64,000 nt of DNA. Source: a virus. Positions within the stretch are counted from its first letter, which is position 1, and the number at the start of each line of letters is the position of its first letter. Made by a program: the position numbers and the translations under genes. The notes under the pieces are model-generated. The model worked only from the letters and a program-made list of their open reading frames with translations, did not search any database and had not been told where the DNA came from. Shown here piece by piece: positions 1-9,911 of the stretch. Location of the stretch: IMG/VR virus record IMGVR_UViG_2852667396_000001, positions 2,060 to 66,059 of that record; one strand, 5' to 3'.

Positions 1-120
1 CCTGCCATCACACAGCACATGCTCTTCATCGCGGATGTCACCGAACAGGGCGCGCTGATCACCCTTGTCGAACCACATCATGCGGCTGGCACTGCAAGGG
101 TCGAGGACTTGTGCATTCAT
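1..120 (-). CDS. Phage SAM-dependent methyltransferase, N-terminal part only (runs off window)
   Basis: Own translation MNAQVLDPCSASRMMWFDKGDQRALFGDIR resembles the LDxCCGSRMxWFDK motif I of phage class I methyltransferases. Confidence 0.7.
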   Translation of the reverse strand, partial: MNAQVLDPCSASRMMWFDKGDQRALFGDIRDEEHVLCDGR

Positions 121-173
121 GGTCTTGGCCCCTTGTAGATGAACACGTAGGCGAACCAGAGGGTGGCGATCAT
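117..173 (-). CDS. 18-aa hydrophobic micropeptide (MIATLWFAYVFIYKGPRP)
   Basis: ATGA overlaps with both flanking genes. Confidence 0.5.
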   Translation of the reverse strand: MIATLWFAYVFIYKGPRP

Positions 174-889
174 GGCGTCACCCGCTTGAACTCGACCACC
201 CAGACCCAAGGGTTGGCGTTCCAGTTGCCGCCGACGGATGACCAGAGCAGTTCGAACGATTTGCGCGGGTCGGCGCTGTATGTCTCGATCCCCTCGACGT
301 GCCACCAATCACCCAGTTCGGCATGATCGGTGTAGAGTCGCACGCCCTCGGCCTTGGCTTGCTCCTCGGTGATGTCCTGCAAGCGCTCGACGCGCACGTC
401 GGTGATCTCCAGCAGGATGCGGCTGACCCAGCGGGGCATGTGGATGCTGGGCTTCCAGGTTGGCTGCTCCTGCTCGTACGGCGCTAGGCCATCAGCGGCG
501 TACACCAGGTCTCCGTCTTCGCGCGACTGATCAAGGTCATGCATGTCGGCAGGTTGCAGGTATGGCCCTTTCTGGACTTCGAAGTGATCGCAGTACCATG
601 TCTCGCGTACCCACAGCCGGTCGCCGGGCTTGCCGTAGGGGCAAGGTGCGTACACTTCCAGTTCCTTTGCGCACTCTGCTTCGGTCGATCCAAATACGCA
701 GAAGCCATAGCGCGGGTCTCGCTGGCCTATTGCGCTCCAGCGCTGACGATCGCCAATCGGAATGGCGGTGTCCTCGGCAGGGATTTGGAAACCTTTCACT
801 GCCCGCCGCGTTACCGTCTTCCGGCCTTCCAGGATGGCGCGCACCATCGGTGCCGAGAACAGGATGGGTCTTTGTTTATTTTCGGGCAT
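170..889 (-). CDS. Conserved phage protein, ASCH/PUA-like
   Basis: RPILFSAPMVRAILEGRKTVTRR, WKPSIHMPRW and NPWVWVVEF motifs. Confidence 0.8.
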   Translation of the reverse strand: MPENKQRPILFSAPMVRAILEGRKTVTRRAVKGFQIPAEDTAIPIGDRQRWSAIGQRDPRYGFCVFGSTEAECAKELEVYAPCPYGKPGDRLWVRETWYCDHFEVQKGPYLQPADMHDLDQSREDGDLVYAADGLAPYEQEQPTWKPSIHMPRWVSRILLEITDVRVERLQDITEEQAKAEGVRLYTDHAELGDWWHVEGIETYSADPRKSFELLWSSVGGNWNANPWVWVVEFKRVTP

Positions 890-937
890 ACGAGTATTCT
901 CCGCAGATAACAAAGTGGATGGAATTTAGGAAAAATA

Positions 938-1570
938 ATGACTGATAAAATAGCGACGACTATTTATTGCGTCTTGCTGTTTCTTTCCGGAAGTGTCTTT
1001 GGTTTCATATTTTCCAAGGATGGGCAGATTGGTTTGGTGAGCTTTCTTAGTGCAAGTTCCAGTATTGCCACTGTAGCTACTGCGGTAGTGGCTCTCGTTG
1101 CTTTAAATAGCTGGAAGCATCAGTTCAAATTGCAGAAGCGCTATGACGCCGTCATGGAGCTAAGGTCCCATGCCTTAAATGCAAGTCCTCCACTTGTTTA
1201 CTTGAACAGCATGTGTGAGCATTTTTCTCAGTACCTAAGGTCTCGAGACGATAATGCGTTGGCTGAGCTGTATCCGTATGAAATCCAGCGCGAGTGGTTT
1301 GTTAAAATAAATGAGATGACCAGGACTTGGAATGTTGTTTCTATCCTGTTGTCAGATTCAGAGCTGTCTATGCTGCCAAGTAATCCAATGTCGCTGGAAA
1401 AGATGGTGAGGGATGTTGTGAATGAGATGATGCAAATGGCGGTTGGGGAAGATAGGAAATCGCTATTATCTGTTCACCAAGCCGGAAGTCAGGGAACGGT
1501 TAAGGTTGAGAAAGCTTTTTCAGATTTCGAACAGCGATGCCGAGACCTTTTAAAACACATCTCCAAGTAG
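938..1570 (+). CDS. Moron: membrane protein with two N-terminal TM segments
   Basis: 210-aa AT-rich ORF, opposite to the operon direction. Confidence 0.8.
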   Translation: MTDKIATTIYCVLLFLSGSVFGFIFSKDGQIGLVSFLSASSSIATVATAVVALVALNSWKHQFKLQKRYDAVMELRSHALNASPPLVYLNSMCEHFSQYLRSRDDNALAELYPYEIQREWFVKINEMTRTWNVVSILLSDSELSMLPSNPMSLEKMVRDVVNEMMQMAVGEDRKSLLSVHQAGSQGTVKVEKAFSDFEQRCRDLLKHISK

Positions 1571-1690
1571 CAAGTGACGGGTTCATTCTTCCTTGCCGCT
1601 ATAGCGGCTGACTTTGAAGGGGGAGGGGTTACTGTCAGGTAGCGCTTCGGACGCGCTATGATTCGGTTTTCAACGAAGCGAGGAACACGG

Positions 1691-1915
1691 ATGTCTAGCT
1701 CGTCTCAGGCCTTCGGGTTTATTTTTCTTGCGTGTGGTGCAAGCCTTCTTCATCTATGGCTTATCTGCAGGGTGATGGTTAGCAGCATCGGCGGATTGAA
1801 GAGAGCCCTGTTACTGGCGGTACTTTTACTTGCTCCGATATCTGCTCTTACGGCCGGGCACGGCTGGTACGGAAAGCTCATCTTTCCAGAAGATATTGAG
1901 ATCAGTTCGGACTAA
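1691..1915 (+). CDS. Small two-TM membrane protein (moron)
   Basis: GAGGA RBS, hydrophobic ORF. Confidence 0.6.
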   Translation: MSSSSQAFGFIFLACGASLLHLWLICRVMVSSIGGLKRALLLAVLLLAPISALTAGHGWYGKLIFPEDIEISSD

Positions 1916-2009
1916 GGGCTGCACGCGCGCATGCAGATGTTCATTGCGTGGAAGGCGGAAAAATTTAGGCCGGGCGTACCGGTCATGGGGGCGCTCAGTT
2001 AGATGCGCT

Positions 2010-2285
2010 TCATGCGACCTCCTTGTCATGACCAGGGCAGCCGCCGCCTGTGAAATCGAAGCCTTCACACGGCGGCCCGAATGGAAGCACCTCTTTACCC
2101 TGGGCCAGCGCTTCGAGCAGATGTTCCTTAGCCTCGTCGGCGGTGCATTCGCGTCCGTCAACGCAGAACATGCCTTTGAGCTGGCGCTTGCTGAAGTCGC
2201 GGATTGCGCCGCGCACGCTCAGGTGAATGTGAAAGGTACGGCCGTGCGGCCCGAAAGGATCAACCGGTTTGTTTTCTGTAGGCAT
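2010..2285 (-). CDS. Hypothetical phage protein (MPTENK start)
   Basis: AAGGA RBS, phage-like codon use. Confidence 0.7.
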   Translation of the reverse strand: MPTENKPVDPFGPHGRTFHIHLSVRGAIRDFSKRQLKGMFCVDGRECTADEAKEHLLEALAQGKEVLPFGPPCEGFDFTGGGCPGHDKEVA

Positions 2286-2329
2286 GGTGAGTCCTTGCCG
2301 GGCCATGCCCGGGCGGTGGAGTGGGGGAG

Positions 2330-4387
2330 TTACGCGGCGCGTGCTTGGCGTTGCTCAGTGCGCCACGGGTCGTTGGCGCTTGCCAGGGCAGCCATCGGCG
2401 GCGGGCTGACGCTGTTGCCGCACATGTGCACCTGTTGGGTCTTGGTGAACGGTTTGCCGTCGGCGCCGTGGCTGATCATGTAGTCGGCCGGGAAGCCCTG
2501 GGCCTTGTACAGCTCGGCCGGTTTCAGCATCCGCAGGCAGATGTCAACGATCACGTAGGGCGTGCCCTTGACCATCACGGTGACCATGGCCAGGCGGTCC
2601 TTGGTAGTGATTGTGGGGGCTGGCGCATCGCAAGCGCTGATGTTCTCGGTGCCGTAGTAGCTGATCAGGAACGCCGCGACCCGCAGAGCCCCAGCTTCGT
2701 GTTCCGGTGACAGGGTGAGCGACACCAAAGAACTCTTTCCGCCGCCACCGGCGGTGATGGTAGGCGCCGGCTCTTCCAGGCCCTGGCCAACACTGCCGCC
2801 GAATGCCCGCTCCATGAATGCGCTGACCAACCCGTGGTGCTGGCCGCCGGCGCTGACGGTGTGCAGCGGGTCGTTAACGTCCCGTGCATCGCAGTTGCCG
2901 CGCAGGTGCACCAGGTTCGCCGCCACCAGCTGCTGCTGGCTACCGGTGTTCGTTACGGTGGTCATCGGGTCCTCGATGCTCTTGGCGGCGGTGGTGTTGA
3001 AGCCGCCATTCATCTGGGCCATGAACACCGTGGAGATGCCCATGGCATGTGCGGCCCCGGCCGGGCGCTGATAGTTGCCGCCGCTGGTGATGGTCGGCAG
3101 TGGTTCGTCCAGCGCCTTGCCCGCATCGTTGAATCGGAACTTCACCAGGTGCGCGGCTGCCAGGGCGTGCTTCACGCCGCCGGCGACCACGGTGCCCAGT
3201 GGTTGATCCAGACCTGGCACTCGCGGCTCCTGGCCCTGGCGCTCGCCGTACCCCGACTGAATCAGCGTGGGGCTGATCAGCGTCAGCTCACCGCGATTCG
3301 CGCAGGTCACCGTCGGCAACGGTTTGAGTGGATCGTTGATTCGGTCGCTGCCGTGGTGTGTTGCCGGTGCTATAACTGGGCTGACCACCGAGAACGCGCC
3401 GCCCTTAGGATATGAAGTGATTGTGCGCAGCGGCTCGTCTGCCGACTGTACTGTTTCCCCTGACCAATTGGCGATCGGCACAATGAATGGTGCCGCGCTG
3501 TCGATGACGAACTTCTTCATGCCCTTGGCAACGCGACGCAGGGTCGCCTGGGCCAAGTCTTTCTTGCGGCCGAAGATGCTTTTGCCGAGGTCGGTGAAGT
3601 CGATGCAATCAGCGGCGGTCTTCCACTTCTGCTGGCCCCTGACCGGGTTCTTGGCGTGGGTAGGCGCTGGCCACACGATTGGCTGGCCGTCGCACCGGGC
3701 GATCATGAACAGTCGCTCCCGACTGGTTGGTGCGCCGAAATCGCACGCCCGGATCACCTTCCATTCAACGACGTAGCCCATGCCTTCAAGCAGGGCCACG
3801 AAGCGGCGCCAGGTCTTGCCGCGCTGCTTCGGGTCAGGAATCAGGAACTGCTGGCCCACCGGCACAACTTCACCAGGTGCAGCAACGTCGCCGCCGAGTT
3901 TCACCACGCGGCCGGTGGCCCTATCGCGCTTGGCGATCAGTCGGCCCCACTGCAGTATCTGCTTCACGTTCTCCAGGCTGATCACCCGGGGCCGCTTCAT
4001 GCCTGCCCACTTGAGCCCGATCCACGACAGGTTGCGGATCTCGCGCTTGCGCGGTTGGCCGCCGGCGGCCTGGGAGTGGTGCGTGCAGTCCGGCGACATG
4101 TGGAACCAGCCCACGGCCTTGCCGCCGCACTCGGTGTCCGGATCACCCTCGAACACGTCGGTGGTGAAGTGCTGGGCGCCCGGGTGATTCACGGTATGCA
4201 TGCTGATCGCCTGAGGGCTGTGGTTCTTCGCCACGTTCACCGCGCGGCCCAGGCCCATTTCCAGGCCGGTACCGGCGCCGCCACCACCGCAGAAGAAGTC
4301 GACAACGATCTCATCGTCCTGAGGGTTGAAGCCGAGTCCGTATTGGGTTTTGAAATCGAAGGGGTGTTTCTTCTGTTGTGCGGACAT
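2330..4387 (-). CDS. DNA cytosine-C5 methyltransferase, phage type with internally repeated variable region
   Basis: DFFCGGGG, SPDC, ENV, RERLF and C-terminal GNSV motifs. Confidence 0.92.
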   Translation of the reverse strand: MSAQQKKHPFDFKTQYGLGFNPQDDEIVVDFFCGGGGAGTGLEMGLGRAVNVAKNHSPQAISMHTVNHPGAQHFTTDVFEGDPDTECGGKAVGWFHMSPDCTHHSQAAGGQPRKREIRNLSWIGLKWAGMKRPRVISLENVKQILQWGRLIAKRDRATGRVVKLGGDVAAPGEVVPVGQQFLIPDPKQRGKTWRRFVALLEGMGYVVEWKVIRACDFGAPTSRERLFMIARCDGQPIVWPAPTHAKNPVRGQQKWKTAADCIDFTDLGKSIFGRKKDLAQATLRRVAKGMKKFVIDSAAPFIVPIANWSGETVQSADEPLRTITSYPKGGAFSVVSPVIAPATHHGSDRINDPLKPLPTVTCANRGELTLISPTLIQSGYGERQGQEPRVPGLDQPLGTVVAGGVKHALAAAHLVKFRFNDAGKALDEPLPTITSGGNYQRPAGAAHAMGISTVFMAQMNGGFNTTAAKSIEDPMTTVTNTGSQQQLVAANLVHLRGNCDARDVNDPLHTVSAGGQHHGLVSAFMERAFGGSVGQGLEEPAPTITAGGGGKSSLVSLTLSPEHEAGALRVAAFLISYYGTENISACDAPAPTITTKDRLAMVTVMVKGTPYVIVDICLRMLKPAELYKAQGFPADYMISHGADGKPFTKTQQVHMCGNSVSPPPMAALASANDPWRTEQRQARAA

Positions 4388-4588
4388 AGGGGATCCTCGC
4401 AAGCTGGCGAAAGTAAAAAAAGAAAGGGTTTCCGAAGTGCTACGTTCTCTTGGCGACGCAATCGTTTCAAATGGCGGCTTTATAGCGACCTAATCAAAGC
4501 AATGTTTTGAATCGGAAAGTTCTGGAATTTGCCTGGGAATACCTTATTCACAATTTCGCTCATACCCATTGAGTGAAAGAGGTTGTAA

Positions 4589-4672
4589 ATGAAGTTCATC
4601 GAGCAATTGCTGGTTACCATCGTTGGGGCACTGGTTGTTGAGGCCTTAAAGCGTTGGGCAGGCTGGCCATAA
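4589..4672 (+). CDS. 27-aa single-TM peptide, type I toxin-like (MKFIEQLLVTIVGALVVEALKRWAGWP)
   Basis: GAGG RBS, hydrophobic helix followed by KRW. Confidence 0.55.
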   Translation: MKFIEQLLVTIVGALVVEALKRWAGWP

Positions 4673-4680
4673 ACCAGCAT

Positions 4681-5550
4681 TCAGTCTCCGCAGAAGCAGG
4701 CAATAGACTCGTCGTGGTCGGCGAACATATCGAATTGGGTGTCGGAGTAATCGAGCATCTGTTGATAGCTGGGACGGTCGCTGCGGAAGCGGGCGCCGTC
4801 GCCGGTGAACTTTCCGCCGGAGACAACTGAACTCTCCATGCGTGCCCACCAATCTCCCTTGCGGATCAGTTCGTCGCGGTCGCTGGCGATGATTGAATAG
4901 ACCTGCTTGGCGCCCTTTAGAAAGCACAAGTCACAGTTGCCCTCCAGCGTTCTGCCATTGATCGTCGGTAGCGTCAGGTCGAACGGCTGGGCGGCCCAGA
5001 AGTCGGTAACGTCCTGAATCCCGACACCGGCATCGGCCAGCGGCATCACCATGGTTGCCCACTTGCTTTCGCTGGTACTTTTTCGGTGCCGGATCTTCAC
5101 GACACGCCGCGGTTCATCCGCACGGATGCCTGTCATCATGTCCACTGGCGTTTCCTCGGTCGAAAGACCCAAGCTGCGGAGGTACTTGTGGATGACGCGG
5201 ATCTTCAGGTCGATGGTGCAGAACCTAGTCACAGGGTTGGGCAGGTACTTCCGTTTTCTAATCAAGGCTTCGAACGGCTCACCCTGGCGGCTGGTGGTGG
5301 CGTAATCCACTACCGAAAAACCCGCGTCATCGTCGCGAAACTCCAGCCAGACTATCGGCACTGCCCAGCGCTCGGCGCATTCCTGGACGAACTCCAGGGT
5401 CGCCGGGTGTTCCTTCCCGGTATTGGCGAAGGTGACGACCAGATCGCTCAAATCATCGTTGTTGTCCAGCACCTGGCGCAGCATGTAGGCGCTGGTGCGG
5501 CCGCCGGAAAAGCTGACGACCGTCGTCCCGGACAATTTGTAGGGAGACAT
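4681..5550 (-). CDS. PAPS-reductase-family (PP-loop) phage protein
   Basis: SFSGGRTS PP-loop, NTGKE, RFCT, GIRADE, GNCDLCF. Confidence 0.88.
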   Translation of the reverse strand: MSPYKLSGTTVVSFSGGRTSAYMLRQVLDNNDDLSDLVVTFANTGKEHPATLEFVQECAERWAVPIVWLEFRDDDAGFSVVDYATTSRQGEPFEALIRKRKYLPNPVTRFCTIDLKIRVIHKYLRSLGLSTEETPVDMMTGIRADEPRRVVKIRHRKSTSESKWATMVMPLADAGVGIQDVTDFWAAQPFDLTLPTINGRTLEGNCDLCFLKGAKQVYSIIASDRDELIRKGDWWARMESSVVSGGKFTGDGARFRSDRPSYQQMLDYSDTQFDMFADHDESIACFCGD

Positions 5551-5629
5551 AGGGGATCCTCGCCGGCTGGCGTGATGTTGATTTTAGGAGTATTGGTATT
5601 TGAGTAACTCATCCAGGCAGGAGGCCTAT

Positions 5630-5815
5630 ATGAGACTGCAAAGCGATATCGATGCACTCGCAGCAATCGAGGAAGACGCTCTAACGATGCTCAAGTGGAT
5701 TGGTCTTCCAGACGACAGGCAGAAACTGGAGATCGTCATTTGCTTGCGGCAGATAATTGATCTGGCGACTTATCGAAAGGATATCCGCGAGTATTCGGAG
5801 CCACTGGCGCTATAG
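5630..5815 (+). CDS. Small hypothetical moron protein
   Basis: GGAGG RBS, 61 aa. Confidence 0.65.
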   Translation: MRLQSDIDALAAIEEDALTMLKWIGLPDDRQKLEIVICLRQIIDLATYRKDIREYSEPLAL

Positions 5816-5882
5816 TCGCTGGCTGGCGTGATTCGTTTAAGTGGGTGATATGCTTTGCTGCTTATCAAACAAGGAGGTGGTA

Positions 5883-6077
5883 ATGGCCGGTAAAAAGCTT
5901 AAAGCGTTCCGCGATTGGCTCACGCCGCGTAAGCGGCTATGGGCAGGGATAGGCCTGTTTGCAACTGCTATCGCTGTACCTATTGTCAGTCCGGGAACGA
6001 CCGCCGCTTGGCTCATAGGGCCTGCGGCTGTCTTTTTCTTGGGTAGCTTTATTCCCAATACGAACGGAAGGCGATAG
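5883..6077 (+). CDS. Small two-TM membrane moron protein
   Basis: AGGAGG RBS, hydrophobic. Confidence 0.7.
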   Translation: MAGKKLKAFRDWLTPRKRLWAGIGLFATAIAVPIVSPGTTAAWLIGPAAVFFLGSFIPNTNGRR

Positions 6078-6140
6078 GGCGCTGGCGGCTGGCGTGATTC
6101 GTTGATATGGGGTATTACGGGTTCCCGGTAGGGCGATGGG

Positions 6141-7148
6141 TCAGGTAGCGGCGCGCTTGAGCTGATCGGTGAGCTGGGTCGGCAGTTTTCGCAGCGTCAG
6201 CGTGCCGCCCGCTTCGTCGAACTCAATCTTGTCGCCCAGAAGGTGCGCTTCGAAGCTGATCGACATACCCTCAGCCCGGCCAGTGAACCGGCGGAATTTG
6301 TTGATGGTCTTCTTGTCCGGCGGCAGGGTCTCGGAAATCCCGTAGTCCTTCGCCTTGATGAAGTCGTAGAAGTTCTTCGGTTGGTCTTCATCGATCAGGC
6401 CTGACAACTCGTCGAGGGTGATCGGCTCGCCCAATTTGGCCTGGCCCATTGAGTAGCTGACCAGGGTGTGGGTCTTCTCGCGAGCCGCCTCTTCTGGTAG
6501 ATCCTCACTTTCGACAAAGTCGCTGAACGCCTTCAGCAGCGTGCGGGTTTCGCCCGGTGCGTCGATCCCTTCCTGGCAGCCGATGAAGTCGCGGAAATAG
6601 TCGTTGAGCTTCCGGCCCTGCTTGCCCTTCAGGTACGAGATGTACTGTTTCGACTGGCGGTTGGTCTGCCATTCGCTGATGTTGATGCGAGCGGCCAGGC
6701 GGATGTGATCCAGGTCCAGGCGCTTAACTGTCATCAGGGCCAGTTCTTCGGTCATGGTCACCGCTTCGGTTTCCTGCACCAGGGCGATGACCAGGTAATC
6801 GGTCATGCCTTGCTGATAGTGGCAGAAGAGGGCGTGCCCACCCGTGGTGAGGTTCGACTCTTCCATGAGCCTGGTCAGGTGCTCGACGGCTGTGGTGCTG
6901 AACGCCATGAAGTCAGTGACACCGGCGAGATACTTGCCCAGCCAACCGCTGAATGGGAATGCACCTGACTCTTGATGGAAGAAACCCCAGCCCTTGCCTG
7001 CGGTGGCGTTGTAGCTTTCGTTGAGCTGGCTCATCAGGTCGTCGCGGGCCTGGCTTTCGACCTGCTCCGATGCGCCCAGGAACAGAACGGCAGCGCTACC
7101 GTCAGGCTTCTTGTCGATCTTGTGGATGACGCTATGGCGTACAGGCAT
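6141..7148 (-). CDS. yejK: Nucleoid-associated protein YejK/NdpA, phage copy
   Basis: [35 protein letters not shown]. Confidence 0.9.
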   Translation of the reverse strand: MPVRHSVIHKIDKKPDGSAAVLFLGASEQVESQARDDLMSQLNESYNATAGKGWGFFHQESGAFPFSGWLGKYLAGVTDFMAFSTTAVEHLTRLMEESNLTTGGHALFCHYQQGMTDYLVIALVQETEAVTMTEELALMTVKRLDLDHIRLAARINISEWQTNRQSKQYISYLKGKQGRKLNDYFRDFIGCQEGIDAPGETRTLLKAFSDFVESEDLPEEAAREKTHTLVSYSMGQAKLGEPITLDELSGLIDEDQPKNFYDFIKAKDYGISETLPPDKKTINKFRRFTGRAEGMSISFEAHLLGDKIEFDEAGGTLTLRKLPTQLTDQLKRAAT

Positions 7149-7254
7149 TTCGTTTACCTCGGGTAAGCGCCGCCCTCCGGTGGCCGGTGGTGGCAATTTG
7201 GTTTGGGTTGGGGTATTACGGGTGACCGGCATGGAGCCGGATCAAGGAGACTTT

Positions 7255-7959
7255 ATGATTAAGAAATTGTGGGTTTGGGGGTTGGCGGCCACAGTAGTTT
7301 ATACTTTGATCTTTAGTATATTTGTTGCTCAGGACTTTGTCGTTTGGAAAGTAATGAAGCTTAATGAATTGGGAGACTTCCTCGCTGGAGTTTTTGGTCC
7401 GCTTGCATTTCTATGGTTAGTTCTTGGTTTCGTTCAACAAGGCACTGAACTAAAAATTAGCTCGGATGCGCTACGACTGCAAGCTGAAGAGCTTAAAAAC
7501 TCTGTTGAACAGCAAAAATCCTTAGTGAAACTATCTACAGAGCAGCTGTTGATGTCCAAAAAGAATACAGAGCTTGAGCATGAACGATTACTGGCTTCTC
7601 TTGAGCCAAAATTTGCTATTCAATATCTAGATTGCTCAGATTCAGGAACAGACGTGGTTTTTCAATTCGATTTGGCTAATGGTGGTCATCTTGTCACCTG
7701 CCTTGATGTTGCTAGGGATGGTGAAGTCTTTGCTCATTTTCCGATTTTTGATCACGGGACTACGAATAAGATTCGATTGAAAATAAACAAGCCACAAAGA
7801 AAATTTTGTGTCGAGTTGGTAGTGACATATCTAAATGGTTTAGAAGTTTCCAGTTCTAAAAAGTTTGATGTTGGTTTTTATAGAGGGCTAGATGAGAATG
7901 CAAGGTGGGTGGCGAATATTTCTCAGCGGCAAGGGGTTAAGTTTGATGCTGGTGTATGA
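7255..7959 (+). CDS. Moron: membrane protein with TM segments plus coiled coil
   Basis: LNELGDFLAGVFGPLAFLWLVLGF..Q..EL motif common in prophage morons; very AT-rich. Confidence 0.8.
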   Translation: MIKKLWVWGLAATVVYTLIFSIFVAQDFVVWKVMKLNELGDFLAGVFGPLAFLWLVLGFVQQGTELKISSDALRLQAEELKNSVEQQKSLVKLSTEQLLMSKKNTELEHERLLASLEPKFAIQYLDCSDSGTDVVFQFDLANGGHLVTCLDVARDGEVFAHFPIFDHGTTNKIRLKINKPQRKFCVELVVTYLNGLEVSSSKKFDVGFYRGLDENARWVANISQRQGVKFDAGV

Positions 7960-8072
7960 AAATAAGCTTTCCTGTTGGTGTAACTTGTATTGAGTTTGGC
8001 GTTATATTATTTTTTTGCGTAGTTAAATATGTTTCGCCACGCGAGGTCAGTACCCTTAGGGGGAATTGCTCT

Positions 8073-8558
8073 TAACTGATATTTTCGTCTTGGGTATCCA
8101 TCTGTAGAGATTCGGCGAAACCTGCTTGCCGTAATTTGCGCGCCACGGTTTCTGATATCTCGAATCCGTGGCGCTTAATTTCGAAGTAAGTGGCGGACTT
8201 CTCGGCGTCCTATCGAGTGTGCATGTGCGATCAGCCGCCAGATAGTAGATCGGTCCTTCGTTTCGCCAAGTTCGGTGGTGAGCGCTGCCAGCCGGTCGCG
8301 CATTCCCTGCCGGAAGTAGTGGCGGATGCTGTCGGACGGTCCCTTGATCTTCGGCGGCGCCGGTGGCAGATCCTCAACCCGCGCATTCAGTACCAGCAGC
8401 TGCACCGCCTCGCTCACTTCCTCGATCTCATTCCAGAGCATCAGCTCGTCGAGCATCTGCCGGGTGCCGTACGGGACCGTGTGCCGCAGTTCCTGCTCGC
8501 CCAGCTCCTGCCGCTTCTCGGCAAGCTTGGCTGTGCGCTCCTTCTGTTCGGCAGCCAT
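8073..8558 (-). pseudogene. Phage hypothetical protein with apparent 1-nt frameshift near 8207
   Basis: An alternative frame continues AEKSATYFEIKRHGFEISETVARKLRQAGF to a stop at ~8073. Confidence 0.5.
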
Positions 8559-8627
8559 GGCCTACCTCTTTTATTCGGCTGGCCGGCGGTGCGAGCCAGG
8601 TTTGACGTTTGCTTTGCTGGGTGCGGG

Positions 8628-9098
8628 CTATGCGGCGCATGCAGCGACCTTCTGCTGATTCCATGCGCCGACCGCTTCGAAGATCCGTGCGGCGTGCGCC
8701 TCATCAAGCGAAATCGCTTCAGGAATGGCGATCCACCCCGAGGCCACCATCTGGCTTTGGTTGGCCTCGTCGCGCAGCTTCTTGTAGCAATGCTCGATCA
8801 CGTCTTCCAGGTGGTCGGAGAGGTAGACGCCATCGGGCGCTACCTCCACCGACTTGTTGTAGCGATCCCCGCGGGCGTCGATGCAAAGCACGCTGATGTA
8901 GATCGTCCAGCGGTGGGGGATGGAGCAAACGGCCTGGCCGATCTTCCCCGGCGCGATATTCTTCAGCGATTTGTAATTGATCATGCCCTGGCGGCCGCTG
9001 GGGTCGATGTTCACCACCGCGACGTGGTTTGCTGCCAGCAGCGACCTGCAGGACCGCGCGATGCGCGCCTGCAGGTTGTGAGGCTTGCGTTTTTTCAT
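8628..9098 (-). CDS. Conserved Pseudomonas phage hypothetical protein
   Basis: 156 aa, ATGA-coupled to the upstream gene. Confidence 0.75.
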   Translation of the reverse strand: MKKRKPHNLQARIARSCRSLLAANHVAVVNIDPSGRQGMINYKSLKNIAPGKIGQAVCSIPHRWTIYISVLCIDARGDRYNKSVEVAPDGVYLSDHLEDVIEHCYKKLRDEANQSQMVASGWIAIPEAISLDEAHAARIFEAVGAWNQQKVAACAA

Positions 9099-9340
9099 AA
9101 TGCCTCCGCTAGTTTGCGCAGCGCTTCACGCTCGGCCCGGGTGATGGGCGGCTTGCGGCGCTTGAGGATGGTTTCGGGATCGATCTTGGTGGAGCGGGGC
9201 GGTGGCAGCGGTTTGCGTGGCGGGCTCGGTAACTGCGCTACGGTTCCGCCGGCGGCCAGGAACTGCGCTGTACGTTCCGCGATTGAATCAACGTGCTGTC
9301 GCTGCTCCTCGACCAGGCTTAGGTGGTTGCTGACGTACAT
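9095..9340 (-). CDS. Hypothetical phage protein
   Basis: GAGGT RBS; FLAAGG motif. Confidence 0.7.
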   Translation of the reverse strand: MYVSNHLSLVEEQRQHVDSIAERTAQFLAAGGTVAQLPSPPRKPLPPPRSTKIDPETILKRRKPPITRAEREALRKLAEAL

Positions 9341-9347
9341 GGCGACC

Positions 9348-9911
9348 TCACTTGATTCGGATCGAACTATCGCCGCGCTCCAAGTGAGCCCAGGTAGGTT
9401 CGGGTAGAAGTTCGTGTTCAGCGTCTTCACCGGCTGCCATGCGCTTGCGCACCGCTTCGTTATGCTCGCGGATCTCCTTGAGCCTGGCGGCAATGGCCTT
9501 TTTGTCCGGAGCAATGCTCGACTTCACAGTGGACAGTTCGTCCGGCACTGCATCTTCGTTGTCCACGATCACCCGTTCGCTGCCCATGGCCAGTGTGATG
9601 GTGAAGAGCGGACGCTTGATCGACTTGATGTTGGCGGCTTCCATGTTGCGGCGCAGGTAGTCGCTGATCTGCGACACGCTGTTGGACTTGATCCGCTTGA
9701 GTTCAGCCAGACGCTCGATTTCGTTGTCGATGGCCGTCACGTCGCTTTCAATGTTCCGGCGCAACATGACGATGTTGTCGGCCTTGTCGTTGAAGTCGCC
9801 TTGCACTTCGTCCATGGCATGCTGAAGAGCCTCTTTCAGGCCCTCATCATCGGTGTCGGCCATGGCCTGTAGTTCGGCGAGTTTGCCGGTGAGTGCGTAG
9901 AGTTGAGTCAT
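9348..9911 (-). CDS. Siphovirus Gp157-family protein
   Basis: LYALT..., PDKKAI, AHLERG..IRIK. Confidence 0.85.
   Translation of the reverse strand: MTQLYALTGKLAELQAMADTDDEGLKEALQHAMDEVQGDFNDKADNIVMLRRNIESDVTAIDNEIERLAELKRIKSNSVSQISDYLRRNMEAANIKSIKRPLFTITLAMGSERVIVDNEDAVPDELSTVKSSIAPDKKAIAARLKEIREHNEAVRKRMAAGEDAEHELLPEPTWAHLERGDSSIRIK

Noticed and set aside
8190-9407. 405-aa plus-strand ORF
   Set aside because: Shadow across several coupled minus-strand genes.
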